Below are positions 41,501-52,400 of a stretch of DNA of 64,000 nucleotides, piece by piece. Source of the stretch: Schmidtea polychroa (taxonomy: Eukaryota). Under the pieces are notes generated by a model. That model did no database searches and was not told the DNA's origin. It saw only the letters and a list, made by a program, of their open reading frames with translations. Location: NCBI GenBank assembly GCA_044892525.1, contig CM097885.1:29266001-29330000 (forward strand), in the 5' to 3' direction. Position 1 is the stretch's first letter; each line of letters opens with the position of its first letter. The position numbers were made by a program, and so were the translations under genes.

Positions 41501-44500
41501 ATTTACCACGTTTTTTAGTGTAGACCACCTATTTCTCAGGACCAAGGAGACTCACCTCACTATAGTCTGAAAAATCCTTGGCTTTTTTTAGTGTAGACCA
41601 GCTTTTTGTATTGAAAATATCCTGAGACCTTAAATTACCACGTTTTTTAGTGTAGACCACCTATTTCTCAGGACCAAGGAGACTCACCTCACTATAGTCT
41701 GAAAAATCCTTGGCTTTTTAGTGTAGAACAGCTTTTTGTATTGAAAATATCCTGAGACCTTAAATTACCACGTTTTTTAGTGTAGACCACCTATTTCTCA
41801 GGACCAAGGAGACTTACCTCACTATAGTCTGAAAAATCCTTGGCTTTTTTAGTGGTAGTCGGATTTTTGTATTGAAAAAAAAATTTGTATTGAAAATCCC
41901 AGGACCAAGGAGACCCCCTCACTATAGTCTGAAAATTCCATGCTTTTTTAGTGATAGTCGGATTTTTGTATAGAAAAAAATTTTTTTGTATTGAAAATCC
42001 CAGGACCATCGAGACCCCCTCACTATAGTGTGAATAATCCTTGGCTTTTTTAGTGAGACCGCCTTTTTGTATTGAAAATCCCAGGACCATCGTTTTTGTA
42101 TTGAAAAAATTTTATTTGTATTGAAAATCCCAGGACCATCGAGACCCGCTCACTATAGTCTGAAAATTCCATGCTTTTTTAGTGAGACCGCCTTTTTGTA
42201 TTGAAAAAAATTTTTTTGTATTGAAAATCCCAGGACCATCGTTTTTGTATTGAAAAAATTTTATTTGTATTGAAAATCCCAGGACCATCGAGACCCCCTC
42301 ACTATAGTGTGATAAATCCTTGGCTTTTTTAGTGGTAGTCGGATTTTTGTATAGAAAAAAATTTTTTGTATTGAAAATCCCAGGACCATCGTTTTTGTAT
42401 TGAAAAATTTTTTTTGTATTGAAAATCCCAGGACCATCGAGACCCCCTCACTATAGTGTGGAACAATTGCGTAATAAAAAGTTGCAACAAAAAAAAATCG
42501 TGCAACAAAAAAAATCGTGCAACAAAAAAAATCGTGCAATAGGGGGGGTAACCCCCCCCCCCCCCAATTGTTGCAGCGGGCTCCTAACTACCTACTCTTA
42601 ACGTATCCATTGACAGTGATCTGACGATGAGAAGGAGTATCAGCAGCCGCTTTACGAGATTGATTGTTCGTAATGCCCACTTGGTGATGTATTTCTTTGA
42701 TCTACAAATTGTTCCAATTGCAGAGGTTTGGGTACATTTTTTATTTATTAAAGGATGTAGGTGTTTGAAAGAATGTCGATATATAAGAATATTAAAACAA
42801 TATATTTTAATTTAATTAATTTAATAATGTATTTGAAATTTAAGTATTAAATTAATATATTTATTAATTTGAAAGTCAGAGGCACTACAGTAGTCACTCA
42901 TACAGCCCGAGAATCATAAACGAGAATATTCATAAAATTTGAAATTGCTATTTAATTTGATTACATTGATTTTAAATAATTATTTGTACACGTATTTGCA
43001 ATGAAGAAAAACTTCTGTAATCTAAAAACTCGATATACTTGTATTATAGAAACACAAACATAACTATATGCTGAATTTTAATATTACATAGTATAAACTT
43101 TTTCAAGAAAAAACAGTAAATGATAAGGACGAATTTCAATTTAAAGGTTATTTTACAAAAAAGTTTATTTTTATTTAACTTAAAAAGTCAATATAAAAAC
43201 CTAAAAAGATTATTTTATGAATATTCGCCATTTTGTTCATAATTCATAAATAAAATGAAAATACGTTGTAAAATAATACAAAAACATCAAATTTAAGTAA
43301 ATTATTAAAATTTATTGAAATTGTAAAAAAATCCAAATAGAACATTCATAATTTTATTAAAAATAATTAATGACAAGTTATGAATCAAATATAGATTTGC
43401 ATACTAACTTGTATTATAGAAGTTTTTATTCCATGCAAACGTGTATAAATAAACGGCAAACTGTTAGGCGGGCACAGGAGTGACCAAAGAGACTAAAATC
43501 CAAGATTGACTTGACGAGTCGCTACTTTGTCGACTATTTTTGTGCAGCAATATAATTTAAATTGTGCCATATCAATTTATTATTTATCGTTTGTAGAGAT
43601 GAGATATATTTTTGACGTGCTTTTTAGTATCAGTACCTCGGTACACAAGGTTAATAATAAAAATTATGTAGATCAAATTGGTTTGAACTCATTCATCATT
43701 TCGAAATTATTTTGACTTATAAGATTTCCGTTAATTCATTGTAATGAAAGACATGCAAAATATAAAAATAACATTTACAGAATTAAACAACCATATAGAT
43801 ATAATAATTAGATGAGTAAAAAATCTTTGAGGGCCGCGTGTTTGAAATGAATAAATATTTGAAGACAAGCAAAAATATTTACCATTTCAATTCGGATTTA
43901 CCTTCTTCATTCTGGCTTGAATGATGACTGGCTCGCAATTTTGATAACAACTCAGTCGAATCTAATGATGCATTTACCGCTAGTTGTTTTGGAATCGTCA
44001 ACAGAGATCGTGCATATTCAGCAATAGCTATTTGTTCCTTCGACCCCATTGTTGTCGCAAAATCTTCCAAAAACACTGAAAGTGCAACCTCACATGCCCC
44101 ACCGCCTGGTACTACTGATTTGCTTTCAAGAACACGTTTTATCACACACAAAGCATCATGCATAGATCTCTCCATTTCGTCTACATAAAAGTCATTAGCT
44201 CCTCGCAATAAGATACTCGCAGCAGAGCGAGTTTTCGTATTTTTAATGATGATCATTTCATCGTCACAGACTCTTCGTTGAAATACTTCTTCCGCCTAAA
44301 TTATAATATTAACCAATGAGATCTAATTAGATTAAATTTTTTACTTTATTTATTTTCATTAAAAATGAAATATATCAATAACCACAAATTTTCGGTTTAG
44401 CCTTTATCAAGTGTTTTTTAATTTTATCTATTACATATAATTTATTAAAATTAGTTTTGATTAAAAAATTATGAACACAAATCAGAATCTAAAAATTAAA

Positions 44501-46327
44501 TTTTTACATTATCTTAAAATCTTTTCGGTTGTAATTTGATTGCATTCTCTATATTTTCCATAATTTTACTTTAGGTATACATTTATAATAATAATAATGA
44601 TAATATTGAAAATTGAAATTTAAATACCAAGAAACAACATAAGAAGCTTTTCGGTATGCCTCGAGATGTATGAAATTTTTAAATGACTTAAGGGAACTGA
44701 AACTTTATTATTGTGAATCTTATTGTGAAATTTAATTATCAGGTGAAAAAAATTTCATATTATTTTTCTTATTATTTTAGTTGTATTTTGATATAACTTC
44801 AACACACAATCACCACAGCTGTCCCAAGACAGTTTCTTTTTAAAGGTGACTCGGCTGGGTCCTACAAATATCCAACATATAAAATCATCACATAATTACA
44901 GTTACATTTAATATAATTACAATCACACATATAATTACACCATAATTACACAACAATTACAATAATAATAATAATAATAATTTTTTTAGGATGTTTACAA
45001 GATAATATTAATGCTCAATTTTAAGTTATATTAACAGTTTATTCATACCAAGTCAATTTTTCAACGAAGCCAAATTTTCATTATAAAACCTATTTTTAGC
45101 GCTGTAAATAGAGATATAACTTTTAAGATCTCCTGTAACGCTGAAATTTCGTGGATGATTTGAACTGAAAATATTTTCCGAATGAATTGTTCTAGTCTTA
45201 GTAGTATTGCTATTTTTTTACTCTATTATTTTAAAGCTGCATACTTATATATTCTTCTACTACAATGAGAATGGGAAAAAGTAAAAGTACTTTGGAAATT
45301 AACGAAAATAAATTCCATGTTGCTTAATTATTTTGCATTATCTTTGAGATCATAAATTTTTATTAAGATTTCTTTACAATTGATAATAATTTTAGAAATA
45401 ATTTTAGAAAATTAATTAAATTAAAAAATATTACATAATTCCATTAAAAATAATAAAATAACAATTTCATTACTTATATAAATTAATGGTACATTAAAAT
45501 ATATCTATATCATGACGTTTTATTTTACCAAACATTATTCGGTTGATGTGCTAATAAAATTGGCGCCTTATAACTTCATGGGCCCTAGAAAAATATTGAG
45601 TATATAAGGCTTACATACAGTGTTGTGTTCAATCATTTTTCATCAGAGCAAAATTTGGTTAGATATTTTGATTTAACAGTAGCCATGTCAAAAAAAAAAC
45701 TGAAAAACAATATTTAGATAATATTTTATTAAAAACAAAAAATTAAATATATTGCTTTTATGAACCATTAAATGTAATCTACAAGGAAAATTAATTAATA
45801 ATACACTTAACACGTTAACATGATCCGCCGGCTGACATCGGTGGCATGTTAAAGGTGCATTTGCTTGTTACTGCATTTACGTTATGCTAACTATTTTTAT
45901 GCATAAACTGACTGCAACATGCACTGTATTTCTCTAGAATAGTCATTATTTACTATTTAGTTCGCTATTTTGTTTACGAGCCTTAGAGAAATCTTACAAA
46001 TCAATCAATTTAAAATCCCTATATATATATATATAAAACAATTTTTACAAAAATATATTATGTTTATTAATAATATTACACATTATTGCATATACATATA
46101 TTAATATTATATATTACATGACTACGACACTATTTGTTGGATTATTTTCAACCAGTGGCCTCTCTTGGGAAATTTTTTAAATTATTCATAATTTTTTTTG
46201 TAATATCATAAATTATATTTGAAAGTGCAAATTTTATCAAATTTATGGCTTTTATAAAATTTACAGCGCCCCTTCACTCACAGCGCCCCCTGTGCTTAGC
46301 ACAGTTAGCACAATGGAAGAGACGGCG

Positions 46328-46418
<91 letters not shown>

Positions 46419-49400
46419 TAAACAATAACAAAAACTAAAGTTTCACTTCAAAAATGTGAATCAAATGAAAATAATATATACAATTAAACAGATTTTCAAA
46501 AATAAACTTCGCTTGCTTAGAATTATGGAAAAGGTTTTACATAAAAAACACATTACAGCGAAATAACGCGACATTATAGTATGGTATGACTATTATGGTG
46601 AACCAACGTTGAAACGAAACAACGTTAACAGGGCTATGTCTGTACATTTATCGTTGCAATAAACTACAGTAATTTAATATAACAAATAAATAACTATAAA
46701 TTTGGAAGAACAAAATTCTTAACAAAACATTAAAAATTCTAATTACACCAAAAAAATTAAGGAAAATTAAAATTTCTATATTAGAATAGTAATAAATTTC
46801 TGAAAGATCATTTTGGGTCCTTAGGTAATTAGCCCATTTTGCTAATGTTTGTAATTTTTCATTTTTTGGCCTTTGGATTTCTCTATTTCCAATATTGCCG
46901 CCAATGACTGGGACATTTAAAAAAAAACAAAGTCTCATTTCATATTCAATAGCAGATATTTTTTGATTTTTTCAAATTTATTGTTAATAATTTGTTTTAT
47001 TATATTATATATTTAGAATTTCAATTTGTATTTATAATGAAAAATATAATTTTAATTTTTTTAAGTTCAGCGAATGTTGTAATATTTTAATTATTTTTTT
47101 AGGTTCAAACATTTTTTTAAATATTATTTTTTCTTGTTTTAATGTATTCAATTATGATTAAATTATATTTTTTCTTAACACTTTGAAACCTGTACGTTAT
47201 AAAATTATGGATTTTCAACATGAAATTGCAATATTACTAGACTAACGTTTTTGTAATTGTATTAGCCAGTTCATTACTGGGAGAAGCTTAACCAAGCAGT
47301 GATTCTGCACGCGACGTACAGGCGGTAAGTTTTTGTTGAAGATTACGGACTGCTAATTTATAGAGCGACATATATTTTATGAGAATACCATAATCATGAA
47401 GTTTCAATATTAATTAATTTTAATTTTTTTTTCTGAATTTATTACGTTTATTGCTGCATTTAGTTTCGTGTTTGAAAGCGCCATTTAGTATTTTAAAATA
47501 AGTTAACCATTTTTAATAAAAAGTTGAAAATTAAAATTAATTTGTGATTCTTTCGCGGACTTCCAGTTTAAGAACCGCTGCTATAAAGCACCTTTGATTT
47601 TATGATTTATTATTGACAAGGATTGACAAAAATCTCAAATTTGAATATTACATCAAACAACAAATATTTAATATATACATTTAGTTTTCCACATTTATTT
47701 CACACTCACTTTTAATTTCCTTTTATGTTATATGCGTTGATCTAAAAGAAATGGTTGACAATCAAAATTTAGATAAGCCTTTTATTAAAAATAGAAATTG
47801 AAATTTAATAAATTTCAATTAAAATTTCAATTGAATTAAAAAAATGATAAAGGGGCGTGCAAAGATTGAAATAAAAAGCATTCACTGATTTAACCCTTTC
47901 GCACCGACTTTCCGCTAATGACACTATGCTAAATTTATATATTGGAACTTGTTAATATTGACCTAAATATGAAATATTCTCATTTTTGTAATCGTGGCGC
48001 TTCTGAATATCCTAGAAAGTCCTGGGATAATAAGTCTCAATAGGCTTTTATGGACCATTCAAAATATCCCAGTAGGATCATGATGAAAGTTTCTGGGACG
48101 TATTGTCCCAATAGGGGCGAAAGGGTTAACTGATTTATTTTTTTCTGCTCGCCTAGACTATATAATGATCAGTCCAGCCGCTAGAGACGAGAGGGCATAT
48201 TAGACAGTGATCATAAATATATAAGATAGTAACGCAGTGCTTCTCATTTGGGACCCTAGCGCCCTAGTTGGGGCAATTTCGAAATTAATGGATTTTTCAA
48301 ATTTAATAAATCATAATATTTCTCAAGTATATATGTCGTATTTTATGTATATTATGATAGAAAAAATTTCTTAACACTGAAGATATAGTTCTAACCAAGA
48401 TTTATGTATTGTACTTACATTTTCTCAATGCAACCTTTACCTTATAATTTTGATTTTTTACTAGTAATATACAAAATAAACGTTGAACCAGTTATAAACA
48501 AATTTTGACTCTTCTCTTTCTTTATCGAAAAAATTCTGGGGCAATTTGACTTTTAAACTCTATTGTTGGAAGCATAGAGCATAACAGGATGAAAAGCACT
48601 GTAGTAATGGGACATATATGAAATTAAACTAAACAAAAAAGTGAAATTATGCAAATATGTGAAAAACTGATTTGTTATTAACTTTTAGTAATTGTAAAGC
48701 TGAATATAAAGAACTATTTCTCCAGAAGGAAATAATTTCTAAAGCTTCTATTACAACTTGTTGTATTTTCCTGTATAAAATGACAGATTTTTTAAAGTAT
48801 TTGACGTGAAGCAAATTAATTTAATTACGAGGTAATTTGGAGGAAATTTCTATCGCTACATTAAAAGTCATAATTGTCAATATGTATTCCTCTAATCTTA
48901 GTGAAGAACATTGGCTTACCATTTATGTGAAATCTGAAAGCTATGTGTATTTGATCCTATGGGTTTCTATTATTCGTTCATTTTACGTTTATAACTATCA
49001 AGAATGTCTAAATTAATTTGTTTGAATGAATTAAAAATCAAAACCAATGACTTTACTGCAAATGATTTAGTTTAGTTTGGTTGAAATATGTTAATAAATA
49101 TTTGAAATTATTTGTTACTTTATTGATATAAATTCTTATTGGAATAAAGGATCTTTGATTAACCCTGTCATTCCAAGGATCATCTATTTCTGAGAAAAAA
49201 ACATATTGACCAACAGTCAACGATCGTATCTTTGACTTCTTTAAATTTGTCTTTTATGTGATTACTTTATAATAAAACAGAATTTGTGTTTATATATTTT
49301 CCTGTCATATCAGTATTGCTAATACAAAAATAGCCCAGCGTGAAAGGGTTAATGAATTATACATAATACATAGATAAAAAAACGATTTTCTTTATTGTTG

Positions 49401-52400
49401 ACTAATAAAAATTCATAATTGTTGAAGAAATATTTTCCTACTTTTGGATTAGTTAATTATTGAATGAAAATAATTCAAAAGTTTTGTAATATTATTAATT
49501 GCCCATATCGTGAACATTTTTTTTTATGAATTATTAGGGGATAACCGAAGTCCGATCCGGAATCCGCACCGCACCGGATAGTGACCTCAACTAACTATTC
49601 GATATCTGTGCGCCGAGGACTACCGACCCGAATAGTTAAAATCGAACGAATTGTCCGGGAGCCTTATTTTTAGCTTTTTACATTAAGCATCCAATAACAG
49701 GATTGTACCACCAGCTTCGAATAATACAGAGATTAATTGCAGAAACAATTGCAAATGTTATATTTATTATTGATTATCTTCAAAGTTATTTTCAAAAAAT
49801 TAGAAACATATAAGTAGGTTAATGGTTTCTTTTACCAACTATTCGTACCGTATCCGGAATCTGAAACATCAGAATTTAGAAATCCGGAATCCGGAATCGA
49901 CAGAAAAAACAAATTCGGTTATTCCCTATGAATTGTATAACCACATTAATAAATTATATATAAAAATATAAAAATAATCATGATAATCATCCATAATAAT
50001 TATTAAAATGATCAATATTTATTATATTTATAACAATATCAATATGTAAAAGATTTATTTTTTGTTACCCAAGCTTTTTTATCACTTATATTATTGAGAG
50101 CTAAATGGAATGATGATTACGGGTACCGATCCGAACTTGAGGCACTCTGTGTTTTGCTATTCCTAGATAGCAACTGAAATAAATATTATTTACAATATCT
50201 GAATCTGTCATTCTCTCTCTCTCAAATGAAATTGAAATAGTACAAATTTTGTTTGGTTTGATGGTTTTGGCGTGCTCGATAGCTTGTGATAACTGTACGA
50301 CGCCAACACGCGCAGCTTAGAAATAACATTGACTGTCCAGTAATTGTAATGGGATATTTGATTTCTCTGACTCCTACATTATACATTTCTTTCATGAATG
50401 CCAGAGTGCTCATATCATATTAGTGCATGTGTTGCAATTATACATTTAACAGGTATATTGTCTACTTTCCATTAATTAATCTTTCACGTTATTGTCATTT
50501 ATTCTTTATCGGATTTTTAAAAATAATTTTATATGAACCTTTCATTAAGAATAGGAATTAAATGTCTTTACAAGAATAATTGATATTCAATTTAAAATAA
50601 ACTATTAGCAAGTTAATTTTACTTACTTCACCTAACATTGATGGATCATAGCTTTCTTCTTCTCTATCCAAAGTTGACATTGTACATAACAGTGATCCGC
50701 CAGTTGCTTTAGCAATTCGTTTCAAATCAACCTTTTTGCATCGCCTTACTGCCATTGTATTAGATTCAACAAAGTATTTCATGCACAAATCATCAATTCC
50801 CCCTGTTGTCAAAATCACGTTTGCACCTGCTTTTAAAATCTTCTCAATACGCTCTTTTGTGATATCAGATTCTCTTTTGCGAATCTCATCTAATTTGTCA
50901 GGATCTGTCACCAAAATCTGAACACCTAATTTTAATCGAGTTTTTTGTAAATTAAAATCGAGCAAAGCAATTTTAGCTTTATTTATGTAGCGTGGCATTT
51001 GCAAACTGGAGACAGTGCAATTTATTGCATAACCATTGACAATTTCGCTCTCGCGCATAGATTTTCCATGAGCCTTTAAGATGTTGATGGAGTTGATAGG
51101 ATAGTAGAAGGTACCATCACCATTCGGTGTCTTGACAGCCATTGCAGCATCAACTGCCATTTTGGCAAAGAAATTCGAATCCCTATTTTATTAAAATATA
51201 TTAAATATAATTTAAGATTTAAACAAATAATATATATATAAATTTAATATTTTAATTATAAATTTTTTTCCCCTGCATAATTTTGATTAGATCAATATTT
51301 CAGTACAACATAAAAGACTTAAGCAAGGGACTTTAGTGCATGCAGTTTATTATCATGTTTTTTTCTGGGCCAAAACACATCCGTTTTATGATGGTTACTT
51401 ATAATAATTGTTTAATAATATTGAATAATATTCATATTTTCTGTTCTAAATTAATTACTAAATATTATTTTCAATCTAGAATGATTGAAAATATTGTACG
51501 TTTTGAATGATTGACATAATTTGTATATAATTTCATTTCAATTCTGTATGAAATTAACGAGAATTACAATTTCAATTTTAATTGTTTCGTTACAATTCGT
51601 TACAACATAAATTTAATTTTTGGTTATTATTGGCTCTGTGACAATGGTATTCAATAACTATAATTATTAATAATTTAATGCAATATTTTTCTCGTAATCA
51701 TAGTTGTTAAATAAATATAACCAACGAGTCCCAGTATAATATGAGAAATTCGAATAATATTTAATTTTAATAATTACTTAACACTATGGTCTTCAACCTT
51801 TCGCGGCCGCCGGAAACCTATTTTTTTATTTTTGATTTTATTTTTGTTTTTTATTTTGTTTTTATTTTTTTATTTTTGTATATAAAAAGTTATAGAAAAC
51901 AAATAATAATAAAGTAAATATAAAAATACTCAATGATTAGGTTGAGCTTTTTTATTACAAATTATATTAAAATCTGGTATAATTTCTCTTTTCATATGAA
52001 AAATTTAATTTTTCCTCAAAAAATCTTTGATAATTGAATATGCACTTTTTAAATTTTCGCTAAATAAACAATTTCTCAATGTCAGTGTAGAAATTCATAA
52101 ATTTCCAATGCGTAAATTTGAATTTATGCATATATATTTACTGAAAAGAAAATATTCTCGCAGAACCCTTAATTTATGATTTCGTCGAACCTAGATTCCT
52201 TTGTTAAAATGCTATATCTTTTTAAACCTTTCAATTTACTCGCAATTTAACAAATAATAACAGATGAATCCCCTTTAAGGAAATAATTTACAGCATTAAA
52301 CAAATTAGCCTTTTCCATCAAGTTTACAAATCTTAAACAAAATGTTTGGGTTTCACAAAATCAATGAGAATTAATCAAAATGTAATTAATTGAATTAGTG

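Larger units (their letters stand above)
25495..42596. mobile_element. 17.1-kb giant foldback-like palindromic element with Polinton/Maverick-type ends (non-autonomous; family assignment inferred)
   Basis: Starts AGTAGGTAGTTAGGAGCCCGCTGCAACAATTG and ends with its exact reverse complement; flanked by CTTAAC at 25489-25494 and 42597-42602; arms mirror each other over ~8 kb (mirrored ORFs 30091-30309/37604-37822 and 28265-28477/39436-39648 translate identically). Confidence 0.9.

Noticed and set aside
42296..42310. CTCACTATAG resembling the T7 promoter or vector contamination
   Set aside because: Only the 3' 10 bp match, TAATACGA is absent, and it is part of a native repeated unit
25495..42596. 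Palindrome as a fold-back read or assembly artefact
   Set aside because: TSD, unique flanks on both sides, arm-specific SNPs and repeat counts, a diverged inner zone and in-frame TCP1 exons on either side argue against it; read-level confirmation is still advisable
25490..42600. TTAA 4-bp TSD reading (Sola3, piggyBac or Kolobok)
   Set aside because: It would need mismatched terminal bases (CAG.. versus ..CTC); the CTTAAC reading gives both a perfect 6-bp TSD and perfect termini. Not fully excluded without other copies
25524..42601. Short ORFs inside the palindrome arms as genes
   Set aside because: They are translations of tandem or low-complexity repeats, or short AT-rich frames with no recognisable motif; their duplication only reflects the inverted repeat
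46153..46330. Possible hAT MITE with CAG..CTG ends
   Set aside because: Terminal repeats match weakly and no TSD is visible; probably a single transposon end
50222..50413. 63-aa ORF in TCP1 intron 3 as an extra exon or nested gene
   Set aside because: TCP1 is complete without it and no motif is recognisable
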